Shown here one piece after another: positions 1-13,340 of a DNA stretch of 64,000 nt (the stretch's first letter is position 1; each line of letters begins with the position of its first letter). Both the position numbers and the translations under genes were made by a program. Source of the stretch: Vicugna vicugna (Eukaryota). A model generated the notes under the pieces. It did not search any database, had not been told where the DNA came from, and saw nothing but the letters and a program-made list of their open reading frames with translations. The DNA lies in NCBI GenBank assembly GCA_013265495.1, contig MU058781.1:1468963-1532962 (forward strand), read 5' to 3'.

Positions 1-274
1 TTGGAAAAGTTTTGTGAATGATGGTTTTCCATTGATGGGAACAGTGGAAGATGCGTGTGACCAGATATGGCTCCTGACAGACACCTCTTCCCTGGGAGGA
101 ACCAGCACTGACTGTCCCCTGGGAGGGAGCACATCCTGCTGGTGATGCTGATGCTGGGGGTGGGGGTGGTGATGGGGAGAAGCATTTGTCCAGGGCTTCC
201 TCTGTGCCCGGCTCTGCTCTGAATGCACAGCGGCATGCATTCCCATGATGGTTTAGGGAGGTCGGCACTGTTTT

Positions 275-592
275 GGTCCTTGCCTTGGTCTGCTTGAGCT
301 GCTGTGACCCCCGACTGCGTGGCCCCAGCAACAGAAATGTACTTGCTCAGCGTGTTGGAGGCATGAAGTCCAAGATCAAGGCGGCAGCAGGACTGGTCCC
401 TGGGGCCTTTTCCCTGTGCACGCACACGCTCGGTGTCTCTTGCTCTTCTTTTAAGGAAACCAGTCATACTGGTTAGAGCCACATCCTTATGACCTCATTC
501 GCCTTCAGTATCTCTTTAGAGGTCCTGTCTTCAAATACAGTCACACTGGGAGTGAGCCATGAATTTGAGGGGGAACACAATTTAATCCATCG
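275..592. mobile_element. MLT1-type (ERVL-MaLR) LTR remnant
   Basis: Characteristic strings aagtccaagatcaagg, tcttcttttaaggaaaccagtcatactgg, aaatacagtcacactggg, gaatttgagggggaacacaatt. Confidence 0.75.
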
Positions 593-729
593 TGGTCCTT
601 CTCTGAGGGGTGACGGAACTAAGACTGAGAGAGGGTGTACCCCTTGCCCGAGATCACGGTGAAGACATAAAAGAGCAAGGATTTGAAACCGATTTTTTTT
701 TTTTTTATGGTCCTCAAAACTGAACACCC

Positions 730-845
730 TCGGCCAGCGCGCCACAGCGCCGCAGGCGCGAGGCCGGCGCGGGGCGGGCGGGGGCGTCAGGAGCGGCTCC
801 GCGGACAGGCGGAGTGCTGCCCTCTAGTGGCGCGCGCGGGAAGGA
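730..845. promoter_or_regulatory. Short CpG-rich patch with GC boxes (Sp/KLF)
   Basis: Dense CpG (cggccagcgcgccacagcgccgcaggcgcgaggccggcgcggggcgggcgggggcg) in otherwise CpG-depleted DNA. Confidence 0.65.
816..833 (-). promoter_or_regulatory. CTCF-binding motif
   Basis: + strand gctgccctctagtggcgc reads GCGCCACTAGAGGGCAGC on the - strand, a near-consensus CTCF core. Confidence 0.8.
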
Positions 846-2178
846 TGCTCCCTCTGTAAGTTCTGACTCGCTTAATGAAGCCGATAGTCAGCGTGGGTTA
901 CTGTTCACCTGCGGACACCCCTGACAGGAAGAGAAGGCAGCTGCACCCTCCCAGGGCAAGCCTGGCTGAGGTGGGCACAGAGCCCCAGCTCCCCAGTGTT
1001 TGTCCATCCGCCGGGAGTTCAGTCTCTGGGTTTATCAGAAGGGCGGGACATTTGTGTAAGTTCCTATTTCTGTCCCATCTCTCTAGACCCAACAGCCCAA
1101 AGTTTCTTGTGGGCTCGTCCCCAACCCCTGGGGTTCCCACTGCTCTGAGTTCTTTTAAGGCTCTTCTGTGCACGCCCACCCCTTCGGCTGTTACTTACCC
1201 AATGCCCTCCGCTTTGTTCTCCTGGCTGTACTGGAGACACTTCCTAAGACAGGGCTCTGGGCTTGCCATGTGCCCTTGTGAAATGAGCAAATGGGTAAAT
1301 GAATGAACGATTTTGGAAATCAGACAAACATGTTTCCCTAAAGCTTTTGAAGGACTCCAGGAAAATAATTCCGTGAGACCACGGGATATGAGTTCTGATT
1401 TCCTGGACCTACGATTTCCCGCTTGGTGCTTAGTACAGAACAGTGGTGAGGAGAGCGGACACCGTAGCCAGTGTGCCTGGGTTTGAACCACAGTCCCACA
1501 GCCTCTGCCACCATGTGACCTCAGCATGTCACTTAACATCTAGTTCATAGCAATGTTGCAAAGAGGAAGTGTGTTCACACTGATAAGGCACTTAGATTCG
1601 GGCTCAGCAGGTGGTGAGATTTATGTGTCACCTACTGCTGTACCGGTTTTATTTTTACTATGAGCCCCTCAGAGCTGCTCGTGACCCATACTCACTGTGT
1701 GGCTGTCCTGAAATGCATCCAACATAGGCTTTGGCCCAGGAGTTGCAGGTGCTCAAAAGTCCCATGATCATAATGTTACGAATCACAGCCACGTGACAGC
1801 TGTGTCAGGCACTGTGTACCATGACCTTCTGGGCGATCTTTCAAACCTCCAGCAGCCTTGCAGGATGGTCATTGAATCCCTGTTTTCCAGAAGAAAAGAC
1901 TGAAGCTCAAGGGGGAAAGAATGTCTTGCCCAAGGCCACATAATCAGAAGGCAGTGTCAGAATTCTCACCAGAATTGTCTGGAAGATCAGACAATTAGGC
2001 TGCTTTAGGCTAACTTCTTATTTAAAACCATTTAAGTTAGAGATAATGGTAATAATTGTATTTATCGCTTTTCCAACATCCAGTATGTGCAGGACACAGT
2101 GAGGGCTTTACATGTAATTCTTCAATTCTTACAAGGACCCTCTGAAAAAGTAAAGATTACTCTTCACACTTTGCAGAG

Positions 2179-2682
2179 TGTAATGGTTATTTTCAAGTGC
2201 CAGCATGGCTAGGCTATGTTGTCCAGTTATTCAGTGAAACCCACTTTAGACGTTGCTGTAGAAGTCTTTACAGATGTGATCAACTACTGATGTAATTAAA
2301 TCAAATGACTGCTTAATGGAGATTACCCTTCATATTGTGGGTGGGCTGCATCCAATCAGTTGAAGGCCTTAAGAGTAAAGACAGGTTTCCAGAAGAAGCA
2401 ATTCTGCCCCAACACCGCGACATAGAAACCCTGCTAAGTTTCCCACCTGCTGCCCTGGGGGAATTAACCTAAGACTGGAATTCAACTCTTGCTTGAATCT
2501 CCTATCAATGATCAGCTGAACCTTCTGACAGTTTACCCTACAGATTACAGACTTATCAGTCCCCACAATCACGTGAGCCAACTCCTTCAAATCAATTAAT
2601 CAATCTCTTGATATCTGTAGAGAGAGACAAAGAGGAGAGAGAGGTCTACTGCTTCTGCTTCCCTAGAACCCTGACTCATACA
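2179..2682. mobile_element. MLT2-type (ERVL) solo LTR with 5-bp TSD
   Basis: TG…CA termini (tgtaatggttatttt … agaaccctgactcataca), flanked by CAGAG on both sides (2174-2178 and 2683-2687). Confidence 0.85.
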
Positions 2683-2724
2683 CAGAGTAAATGAAAACTC
2701 AAAGGTACTAATTTGTTCTGGGGG

Positions 2725-2870
2725 GTGGGAGAGGGTACAGCTCAGCGGTGAAGTGCGTGCTTAGCATGCACAAGGTCCTGGGTTCAATCCCCAGGACCTC
2801 CATTAAAAAAAAAAAACTAACAATAAATAAATAAATAGAACGAATGACCTCCCCTCCAAAAAAAGAAAAA
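2725..2870 (+). mobile_element. tRNA-derived SINE (camelid Vic-1-like)
   Basis: gggtacagctcagcggtg (A box) … ggtcctgggttcaatcccc (B box), A-rich tail. Confidence 0.8.
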
Positions 2871-4754
2871 ACGTGTTAAAAAATAAACAGATAAATAAGC
2901 CGAATTACCTCCCCCACCCCTAAATAAATAAGTAAATACATAAATAACAATTTAAGATGGGATTGAAACCCTGGTCTCTGTTTGCTGCTGCCCAGCTCTG
3001 ACCAAGTCCTGCAGCAGGGAAGAGAAACCAAGGCGCGCATCCCTGGCCCATGCTCTAAGGGACCACAACACCTGGGCACTGACTGTAGGTAGCAGTGCGA
3101 ATGGCTCTTCTGGGCGCTAATGCAAATAAGTAACACAAATCCAAACAGACCTGTACCATGCACACACCACCTGCGTGGTCTCCCACCGTCACTGAAGCGC
3201 AGGGGAAGGGCTTGTTCCTAACTGTCCCACACACTCACCCTCCAGGAAGTGACTCGTCTATTACTGTCCTTTCAAGATCGCCCTCAAAGCAAGATCCAAA
3301 CGAAATAAAATGTCAGAAATTTGTACAAAGAGAGAACAAATCCAAGTAGGATTCTCCAGTTGCCTACTCTGATTCAGGGAACGGTGATGCCTTCGCTGTC
3401 TTTCCTGCCAGGCACTCACTGGGCTGCGAGGGAGGCTGTATCCTTGACCTCAGCTTTTTGCCCCCTTTACGAGAAGGGGCACTGCCCTCTGACTACCCAT
3501 TTTTTCCAGTAGTCAACTTGGCAGCCTCAAAGCTTTCCAGCCCTTGAGAGGCTCAGCTGAGGCCCTGAATGGGTTCAGAGTCAGCCTCAGTCCTTTCCCT
3601 TCATCATTGCAAGTCTCAGCAGGGCTCCTTTTTGATCTGACATTTATGGAAAATAAATGATTCCAGAAATCAAGACAACAGAGAGCCTTTAAAAGCCTTT
3701 GGTGACGCTTCTTTCCCAAGTCACTGGCTTTGATTCAAGGAGAGAGGGTGAGCCAGGACCCGTGGTAGCCTCGCCCAGACTGAAGAGGTGGGAGACAGTC
3801 TCTCAGTGATTTTAAGGGAGAGAAATGTCAATGACCACATTTTTCCTCCAAGCAAGGTTTCCACGGAGGCAAGATTGAACTTGCTCCAGCATCCTGCCCG
3901 GTAACTTCACTTGCACCACAAGGAGATGATTGCCAGTTCTAGAGAACAGATGTGGGGAGCTGGGGGTAGTGCGCGCTTTGGGAATGTACACTCTGAACCC
4001 CCATGGGGCTCTCAGACACCAGCAGAGGGAGGCCCCTCCATCCCTGCAGTGGTAGGGGACCAGGGTCCGAATGCTCCTGGATCAAGTTGAACATCTCAGC
4101 GATGGAGGCGAAATCTGTTTAGTTAGCTAACTAGAATTGCTCATCGAGATTTCATCCTCGAGAAGATTGCGATCCCGTGGCAGCTCCAGGGCTTCCCATG
4201 ACCAGCTTGTCTCCACTTTGATGAATAATGGCTTTTCACTCCATAACCAGTCCCAGTGTGGTTCTGGAAAACTCTGAGACTGTACCACTAATGCCCAGGG
4301 GAAGAGTCACCAAGGAAGGGATGATAAAGGAGGGAGTTTGCCCCGAGATAAACCTATAAAGGGTGTGTGTGTGTGTGCACGCATGTGTGCGCTTCATCCC
4401 AAACTTTTCTGGAATGCTATCAGCTTGGATTATCAGTGGATGCCACAACTAATGAAAAAATCATTTACCCTAATTCTTTTTATGGACACAGAAGACCTGA
4501 GGTCAGTTTCCCACTTAGCAGCAGGTTAAAGCTGTCAATGTTTAAGCTCCCCTAACAGAGTGTTCGACGTAAGCCGGTTGGCGCTGCAGGGACTCAGAAC
4601 TCGTGCTGGCGACGTGGCTGCAGGACTGGACACTCCGGTGGCAACGCTGGGATGGTCTGAAAGCCAGGCTGCCTCCCCGGTGCCCCTAAGTGTTTCTTTC
4701 TGCACAATAATGGTCCAAGCTCTGCATTTGCCTGAGTAAGAGCTGCTAAGTAGA

Positions 4755-5320
4755 TTTTTTTAATACATTTTATTTTGGAATAATTCTGAATTTCTGGAAA
4801 ATTTGCAAAGATACTACAGAGAGATCCTATATACCTACCATTAGTTTTTATCTTCTCATATTACCTTTGTGGTGCACTTATCACAGCTAAGGTGTTAACA
4901 TTGATGCATTACTAATAAACTCCAGACTTTGTTTGGATTTCATCCGTTTTTCCGTTAATGTCCTGTTTTGTCCCAGGATCCACTCATGAGTCCTCGTTCA
5001 CCTAGCTGTCCCGTCTCCTTGGTCCCCTCCGTATGACAGCTCCTCTCTTGCCTTGTTTTCCGTGACCTTGGCGGTACTGAGGACTGGCCAGGTGTTTTCT
5101 AGAATGGCCCTCAGTCTGGGTTTGTCTGATCTTTTTTCCCAAGATCGTAATGTGGTGATGGCTTTGCGGGGAAGACCACCACTTCTCCTCACACCCTATC
5201 CGGGGGTCTCTGACATCCACATGAGGTCACTGAGCTGTGAACTTGGATCATTTGATCAAGGTGACATTCGCCAGATTTCTCTGGCGACTTTTCTCTTTCC
5301 ATCTGCTATTTTTCAACCAT
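4755..5320 (-). mobile_element. Old L1M 3' fragment(s)
   Basis: ttttattttggaataatt…aaaatttgcaaagatactacagagag…aaactccagactttgtttggatttc, typical of ancient L1 3' ends. Confidence 0.5.
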
Positions 5321-5564
5321 GAGTTAGATTTGTTTTTTTTTTTTTTTCTGAGAACCTGGGGTCACTCTGCTGTGTCCGATCCTGTTTATCATTTGCCATT
5401 TCTTTATACTGGGCGAGGGAGAATGTCTGTCATCTTGTAGCTGATTTAGGGGTGAAACTGGGGCCATGGGACATAGAGGAGAACAGGAACTAGACTAGTG
5501 GACGAGACATGGATGGTGAGGCAGGCGAAACGCGGTTTGTGCTCACGCATAAAGTCACCGTGGG

Positions 5565-5660
5565 GCGGGGAGAGGGCAGAGCTCAGTGGCAGGGTGCGTG
5601 CCTAGCGTGCAGGAGGTCCTGGGTTCATTCATAATGACTCCCCCAGAAAACAAACACACG
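5565..5660 (+). mobile_element. tRNA-derived SINE, partial
   Basis: gagggcagagctcagtggcagggtgcgtgcctagcgtgcaggaggtcctgggttca. Confidence 0.7.
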
Positions 5661-6606
5661 AAATCACTGTGGGACACCATCTGAGTCTAAGCTATTTCAT
5701 CTGAAAAAATTGGGATGATAATATCTTCTTGAGCAATTGTGAGAATTAATTTGCACCATGAACTCAGAAGGACTGAGCACAATGGGAAAGTGGTGGATAC
5801 TCAGTAAAAGTTAGTTGCCTTCCTTCAAAGAGAAAACGACATAGCGTAGCTGCCAGGAGCATGGATGCTGGCTCTGCACGGCCATCTTTTGAGACCTGGT
5901 TCTTCTGCTTCAAGCTGTGTGACCTTGGGCCAGTTACTTCATCTCTCAGTGCCTCTGCTTTTTCTTGGGCAAAATGGGAGATAATATTACCTCCTGTGGG
6001 GTTGATAGGAGGTTGTTTTTTCTATTTTAGATACAAAATTAAATCCCAAACGCCTAATTTATTCCTCCCCCCGCTTGTCCCCTTTAGTAACCATGAGACT
6101 GTTTCTGTTCTGTTAATAAGTTCATGTGTGTTGGTATGGGTTTGAAATGATTTACTGTATGTAAAGGGCATAGGACAATGTTTGGCACATTTGCAAATAT
6201 TCCATATCGTTCAGTACACTCATAGCCTGGGCATCAGGAGGAAAACACAACGTGCATCATTTTGCTATTTAATCATGTGGATGACTATATCCCTTTTTTT
6301 TTCTGTCAGATTCCCACTCAGTATTATTGAGGTATCATTGAGATGCAATAAACTGTCCATACACATACAGTTGAAAACTGTTGACATACTTGTCTATGTT
6401 GACATACATATATATTTGATGCATAATATATTTTGACACCCAGTTTCAGCTCGGGCCAAATATTGTTTGTAGTTGTTTCTCCCAAAGCTAGACCTATCAT
6501 CTACTCTTTTACACTTCTCTTAGCATATTTATATTTTAATAGCATTTTATCTCTTTCTAAAACCTCCTAATATTTCAAAAGCATTTGCTCATTATAAGAA
6601 ATTTGA

Positions 6607-6780
6607 TAGCACAGGGAAATATATACAAGATCTTGTGACAGCTCATAGCGAAAAAAAATGTGACAACGAATATATGTATGTTCATGTATAATTGAAAAAT
6701 TGTGCTCCACACTGGAATTTGACACAACATTGTAAAATGACTATAACTCAATAAAAAAATGTTTAAAAGAAAAAAAGAAA
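6607..6780 (+). mobile_element. 5'-truncated L1 3' end
   Basis: agcacagggaaatatatacaagatcttg…acaacattgtaaaatgactataactcaataaaaaaa plus A tail; highly similar to 32450-32663. Confidence 0.75.
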
Positions 6781-7079
6781 TTTGAATGATGCAGAAGTGC
6801 ATACATTTAAAAATGAAAATTTTCTCCAAATCAACATGGAAATACTTGGTCTAGTTTAAATGCCTGACTTTGAAAAAAAGTATCTTTTTTTGTTACTCTT
6901 AAGTGAAGAAGAAGGCGTGTGAGTGCGTGAGGACACAAATGTGCTTGTGTAAACACGTGCACACACACACACATCCACACCCATGTGACCGCTGCCCTTT
7001 GTGCTACACAGGCCACTAAATTGTGCATGTAAATGACATGTGTATTGCCATAATAAAACAAAGAATAAAGTGCTGTAAA

Positions 7080-7525
7080 GTACTCAGCAGTAAAAAAAGA
7101 ATAAACAATGCCATTTGCAGCAACATGGATGGATCTGGAGATTGTCAGTCGAAGTGAACTAAGCCAGAAAGAGAAAGAAAAAAACACCATATGCTATGAC
7201 TCATGTCATGTGGAATCTAAGAAAAAAAGAAGACACTAATGAATTTATCTACAAAACAAACAGACTCATAGATAAACTTACGGTTACCGGGAGCAAGCCG
7301 AGAAGGGAAGGGATGAATTGGGAGTTCGAGATTTGCAAATATTAACTGCTAATATAAAATAGATTGAAAACAGATTTCATCTGTATGGCCCAGGGAGCTA
7401 GATGAAAAAGAATATGAAAACAAATATATGTATGTATATGTATGACTGAAACACTATGCTGTACACCAGAAATTGACACATTGTAACTGACTATACTTCA
7501 ATAAAAAAACTAAAAAATTTTTAAA
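7080..7525 (+). mobile_element. L1 3' fragment (end of ORF2 and 3'UTR)
   Basis: atgccatttgcagcaacatggatggatctggagatt…gctgtacaccagaaattgacacattgtaactgactatacttcaataaaaaa. Confidence 0.85.
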
Positions 7526-7625
7526 TAAATGAGGCATAAGAAAAGTGCTGAAAAAATGAGTTTAGACAATACCAGATTTAATAAAGCTAACTGGTTTCTT
7601 TACTGCCTAGCATCTAAGAATCCTT

Positions 7626-7775
7626 TTTTTTTGTTTAATTTTTTAAAAAATTTTGAGGGGGAGGTAATTAGGTTTATTTATGTATGTATTTATTTATTTA
7701 TTTTTACTGGGGATTGAACCCAGGACTTTGCATGCATGCTAAGCCCGCACTCTACCACTGAGCTATACCCTCCCC
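7626..7775 (-). mobile_element. tRNA-derived SINE with TSD
   Basis: Reverse SINE (ggggattgaacccagg…actgagctataccctcccc) flanked by the direct repeat CTAAGAATCCTT. Confidence 0.85.
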
Positions 7776-8537
7776 CTAAGAATCCTTAATGCGCTGGTTA
7801 GAATGATCAGTCTTCGAGGGGAAGAGATGAGTAGTTCTTACATCTCTGTAATAAAGGTTGATCAGTAACATATAGACATTTAAACTTGAAATTTAAGGCA
7901 ATGAAAAACACAGTAAAACTTCTATCTTGAGCACTATTTGAATTCATCAATTGACAGTTCTGCTTTCCAAGCATCTGGCTCAGGCAGGATATTCAATGGG
8001 GCGATGACCTGTGTGCCTCTTCACTCAGGAGCCAGGAGGTCAGAGTCAAGATCAGAGGGCAAAGGAGGAACTGGGGGAAATGACTGCTTCTTCCGGCCAC
8101 CACTCTTTCCTGGCTCTGGAAAGGATATGTAGAAAGAAGGACAGCGTTTAATTTCTTCCTGCTTAATCTCTTAATTTCATTCAACTAAATCAAATTATCC
8201 AGGACCCAGAAAAAGAACCTGATAAAAATATAAGATACTGTTTCTTTTCATTGGCATATGCCACTTGGAAGTCTCTGGGTATTTCTCTTGGGAATTTCAA
8301 ATCTCCAGTAACTTTGAAACACTGTCCTTCCTCAGGATGTCCGAGTGTGGCTTTCGCTAGACATTTCTGAATTCTAGTACTTAGCTCTTAGAAATGAGAC
8401 TAGACAAAATATTTCCCCCATGAATAAAACCAACACACACTCTGGAGTGGAAAGAAAGTAACAAAAATAATTTGTAATCTTATAACACAGAGATAACCAC
8501 AGTTAACCTTCTGGTGTGTCCTTCCAGTCTTTTCTTC

Positions 8538-8590
8538 TGTGTGTGTGTGAGGTGTGTGTGTGTCTGTGTGCCTGTGTGTCTCTGTGTGGC
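8538..8590. repeat. Imperfect (GT)n microsatellite
   Basis: tgtgtgtgtgtgaggtgtgtgtgtgtctgtgtgcctgtgtgtctctgtgtg. Confidence 0.7.
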
Positions 8591-8714
8591 AAGAAACAAG
8601 TCTGTGTCTCATTCCTGTTTCCCAAGCTCAATCCTTGCTATAGAGAAACCACTCAACAAATAGAGCTAAATATTTTGGTGTGAAGGATTACCAAATGATT
8701 TACACATTAAAATT

Positions 8715-8970
8715 TATATCATACACCATTTATACAAAAGGTACAGAATAGGAAAATTTATAGAATCAGAAAGGACATTAGTGGTTGCCAGGGTCTGAGA
8801 AGTGGAGAGGGTTAAGGCAGTGACCACTAATGGGTATATGGTTTCTTTGGGACAATAAAAATCTGATGGAAGCAGACAGCAGTGATGGTTGCACAGCCTA
8901 GTGAAGACAGTCAAAACCACTGGAGCGTACATTTCAAATGTATGACATGTGAATTACAGCTCATTAAAGA
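8715..8970 (+). mobile_element. Old L1M 3' fragment
   Basis: aaatttatagaatcagaaag…tagtggttgccagggtctg…aatgggtatatggtttctttggg…gtgatggttgcaca. Confidence 0.65.
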
Positions 8971-9469
8971 CACTACACAATTTGTATCACAATACATATT
9001 AATACCTATAAATACAAATTGTTATCATAATAACAATGGTTGCACTTGGAATGAGTTTACACTTGCAAGTACCTTTCTTTTATTATATAATTTTAATCTT
9101 GCTGTAACCTTGCAAAGTACAGAGGGCAGGTTGACTGAATTCTCCTTAACAACTGATGAGCTTGAGACTGACTCAGTGATTTTGCCAACTTCACACAGCA
9201 AATTAGAGGTGAAACCAGATTCAGAATTAAAATGTTACATTTCCCATCTTAGTGAATCTGTATTGTCCAATGTCACACTAATGAGTCATAATCAATATCT
9301 AATTAATCAATTTTATACCTTTTATATACTAATATTATTAAACAATAACTCATGTATTGAGTGCCTCCTGGTGCCAGAAATTAATTCATACATTAATTAC
9401 TAGTTATTATACAAACCTCGTAAAGTTCGTAGTGTTAGCTTCGTTTTACTGCTCTTAGAAGTTAGCTTA

Positions 9470-9675
9470 TTGGCCCAAGGCTGGCCCACGGGGGACATCT
9501 GGCAGCGTCTAGAGACATCATTGGTTGTCACGACTTGGGGGAAGGGATGTTGCTGGAATCTAGTGAGTAGAGGCCAGGGATTCTGCAAACACCCCACTAG
9601 GCACAGGACAGGCCCTCGCAGCAAAGAATTATTTGGTCCAAACGTCAGTAGTGCCAAGGCCGAGAGACCCTGCTT
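9470..9675. mobile_element. MER20-like hAT DNA transposon
   Basis: ggggacatctggcagcgtctagagacatcattggttgtcacgactt…gtagaggccaggga…gtcagtagtgccaaggccgagagaccctg. Confidence 0.8.
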
Positions 9676-9809
9676 TAAATGATAATGAAAAAATTGATGT
9701 GAAAATACTCTACAATCCCAAACTGCTATTTTTAATTGTTTTACCAAGAGATTTCCTGGGAAGTAGTTAGCCAGCACTAGGCTGTCAGCTCAGTGCACAC
9801 AACATCACA

Positions 9810-10080
9810 CTACGTGAAATGAATCAGTCACAGAAAGAGAAATACTGCATCGTTTCACATGTTTGAGGAATTCGAAGTAGTTCAACTCGTAGGAGGAAAA
9901 AGTAGAATGTGGTTACCAGGGGCTGGGGGGCAGGCGGATACGGAAGTTGTTGAATGGGTCAAGAAGTTTAGAGATGCAAGATGAAAAAGTTCTGGCGCTC
10001 TGTTGGACAACACGCATCTAGTTAACACTGCTGTACTGGACACTGGAAGATGGTCAAGATGGTGATTTTATGTGTTCCGT
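9810..10080 (+). mobile_element. L1M 3' fragment
   Basis: gtgaaatgaatcagtcacagaaagagaaatactgcat…agtagaatgtggttaccaggggctgggg…gcaagatgaaaaagttctgg. Confidence 0.7.
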
Positions 10081-10481
10081 GTTCGTATGATAGCAGAAAC
10101 AAAATCCTGTAGCAAGTCTTCAGTGCTAGATTGGGGGTAGAAGTCACATTGTCCGGGGTTTCAGGTCTCGGAATTAAATTGGGGCCAGAAAAGGATTCTG
10201 TGTTCAGTTTTCCTGTGTCAGTATGTGCCCCTAATTAAAAGCTACTCTTCCATTTCAGCCAATTTGGCAGAAATGCAAGAATACGTCAAACACAGAAGGA
10301 CAGGGGTAGGGGGGTAGCGGGGGAGGACTTCATAGAGGAGGCACTGAATTTGTGCTTGGAAATATGGGGATGTACTGGCTTAACTCTTGCTTTTATGAGA
10401 AATAATCTACTTGTAGAAGATAACTAAGGATTTAGAGGATATTCATAAATACAAATGTTATTAGAATTAGATGCCTCTGTC

Positions 10482-10670
10482 GGAGAGAGTGTGCTCAGTG
10501 GTAGAGTGTGTGCTTAGCATGCCCGTGGTCCTAAGTTCAATCCCCAGTACCTCCATTAAAATTAATTAATAATAATAATAATAATAATAAAATAAATAAA
10601 CCTAATTACCCCCCCCCAAAATTTTTTAAAAGAAATAAATAAAATAAGGTGAAAGAAAGAAAGAAACAAA
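10482..10670 (+). mobile_element. tRNA-derived SINE
   Basis: gctcagtggtagagtgtgtgcttagcatgc…gttcaatccccagtacctcc, (AAT)n, aaacctaattacccccc. Probable TSD aattagatgcc. Confidence 0.8.
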
Positions 10671-11304
10671 TTAGATGCCCTTAACAAGAGTTTTGAAAAT
10701 ACCTGTCGGTTTTGGTCACAAAGTTTCCAAAGTTATCTTTGTTTTGCTTTAGATGTACGTACCTAATCCTGCTAAGACTAGCCTGAATAAGTGTTATCAC
10801 CCCAGGCTTCAAAGTGCAAATATGTTATCAGCCTCTGTGTAAGGCACAAATATTATCATTAGCTCAGGTTTCCGAGGGTAGAATCTGAATTTAAGACCAA
10901 ATCTCACGAAGTTAAGATAGCCTCATCCCGGTCTAATTCGTCCTTCAGTTGACTGGTGAGTCAGGCTTAGAGAAGCACTTGTAAATGCTGCTTTCTGAAA
11001 TCTCTTCTGAGAGGAAGGAAACATTTTTGGAAGCAGCGTATTGTGCTGGACCAGCTGCCGCTCCTGGCTGTGCGACTTTCCTTCTCTGAGTGGCGTCTTG
11101 CCCTGTAAAATGACAGCACCTGATGAGAGGGCCTCTCAGCTTCTTTCCTGTTCTCTTAGGTGATCCTTTAACTTTTCCAGGAGGAAAAAAGTGAGAATTA
11201 AAAATCTGATACTCAAAGTACATGAAAAGGATTCATATGAAACTATTTAATTTTGATGTGAGTGTGCACAGGACATTGGGGAAATTTTGATTTTTAAGAC
11301 TGTT

Positions 11305-11895
11305 ATCTTTACAATAGCCAAGATATGGAGACAACCTAAATGTCCAACAACAAATGACTGGATAAAGAAGTTGTGAGATAGATAGATAGATAGGCACACA
11401 CACATACATACAATGGAATACTACTGAGCCATAAAAAAGAATAAAATAATGCCATTTGCAGCAACATGGATGGACCTGGAGATGATCATTCTAAGTGAAG
11501 TAACCCAGAAAGAGAAAGAAAAATGTCATATGATATCATTAATATGTGGAATCTAAAAAAAAGACACAAATGAACTTATTTACAAAACAAAAAGAGACTC
11601 ACAGACATAGAAAACAAACTTAAGGCTACCAGAAGGGAAGGGGGTGGGAAGGGATAAATTGGGACTTTGAGATTTGCAGATACTGGCTACTATCTATAAA
11701 CTAGGTAAACAACAAGGTCCTACTGTAGAGCACAGGGGACTATATTCAATATATTGCAGTAATTTATAATGAAAAAGAATATAAAAACAAATATATGTAC
11801 GTATATGTATGACTAAAACATTATGCTGTACACCAGAAATGATGCAACACTGTAAACTGACTATCCTTCAAGAAAAAAAGAATGGAATAAAAAAG
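11305..11895 (+). mobile_element. L1 3' fragment
   Basis: tttacaatagccaagatatggagacaacctaaatgtcc…caatggaatactactgagccataaaaaagaataaaataatgccatttgcagcaacatggatggacctggag, then A tail. Confidence 0.9.
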
Positions 11896-12939
11896 ACTGA
11901 CACCCAGTTCTGAAAATGAATACTATGAGGTGGCACATAACGCCGGGAGCATCTTGCTGCCTTCATATTCCCTCCGGGCTGCTCAGCCGTCCCTGCCAGA
12001 ACATCCCAAAGGACCCCCAGGAGTACCCCACGTTCCCAACCTTGTTTGCTTTTCTTCTGTCTAATCTAATCTGTCTCTCATCCCATTTTTTCAAAGCCTC
12101 TGTTGAATGTCATTGTTTCCAATGGCTTAACAAGATGTATAGTAGTTACCGCTACATCATTTTTCTTGAATGACTTGAACAATTTGCTTCCTTATGAGAC
12201 GTTTTAAATGTTCTTGTGGAGACCCTGGTTGGCTGGTGGCATTGAGACCTTGAGAGAGGCAGCCTTTTCAGCTCTGCTCAAATGCCACGTTGAGAATGCC
12301 TCCTTACGTCTTCAAAGACATGTTCCTTCTTCCAAGTTACTCTCAGTCTAGCAGGAATAAAATGCTGTAATGGCACAAAAATTCTCCCTTCCTGTCATCC
12401 ACAAGATTAACTGCGTCAGGCTATGCTGTACAGAACCACTATGTGGCAGCACCACATTTTGCCAAAATTTGGAGCACAATGAAGTCAGGCAAAGTGCAGT
12501 GCTACGAATTTCCAACTCACTACCAGTGCAGGTGAGACTCGAAATGTGGCCAGGTGCAGATAACAATAAAAGCTAACATTTAAAACTATTTTCTGTGTGT
12601 CAGAGTCTGCTCCAAGTGCATTCCACTTATTAACCCATATTCATCCGCAACACAGTCTTAGTGGTCTGATCTTTACATGACAGGTGACCAAACCGAAACA
12701 GAAAGGTAAAGCCACTTGCCCAAGGTCACATAGCCAGAAACCGGCAAAACCAGGATCCTAATCCACCCACATCTCTCTTTGAAGCCCATGCTCTGTACCA
12801 AATAGGATGTCATCCTAGCATTCATGAGGAAATCTAGAAACTAAAGGACAAAGTTGTGAAACTGTATCAAGCCCACAATAGTCATCCTGGTGGGGGGGGG
12901 GAAATATATGGTTTGCAGAGACATCAGTAATTATTGGGG

Positions 12940-13340
12940 AGGGATCAGGAAACCTTTTCTATCAAGAGCCAAAGAATAAAATACGAGTCTTGGGTGGCCA
13001 GATGGTTTCTGTTACAACCAGTCGGCTCTGCAGTTGCAACGGATAATATTAAACAAATCGCTGGGTTCCAGTGGTAGTCTTTACAGACACAGAAATTTGA
13101 ATTTCGCATGTCATGAAAAATTTTTCTTCCTTGAATTTTCTTTCAGCATTTTTAAAATGTACAACAATTAGGGGGAATGGGGTATGGCTCCGTGGTAGAG
13201 CAGGTGCTTAGTATGCACAAGGTCCTGGGTTCAAATCCCAGTTTCTCCACTAACAAAAAGAAACAAAAACAAGACAAAACAAAAAAATTGTACAACAATT
13301 CTTAGCTCAGAGGCTGAAGAAAAACACATGGCAGGCTGAA
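12940..13340. mobile_element. MER58-like DNA transposon interrupted by a tRNA SINE (about 13172-13290, +)
   Basis: ggatcaggaaaccttttctatcaagagccaaagaataaaata…; SINE ggtatggctccgtggtagagcaggtgcttagtatgcacaaggtcctgggttcaaatccc, flanked by aaatgtacaacaatt / aattgtacaacaatt. Confidence 0.6.

Noticed and set aside
8882..9403. 173-aa ORF, and other 60-180 aa ORFs such as 875-1306, 31229-31774 and 53722-54198
   Set aside because: No recognisable domain, often non-ATG starts, and overlap with repeats or low-complexity intron; expected by chance.
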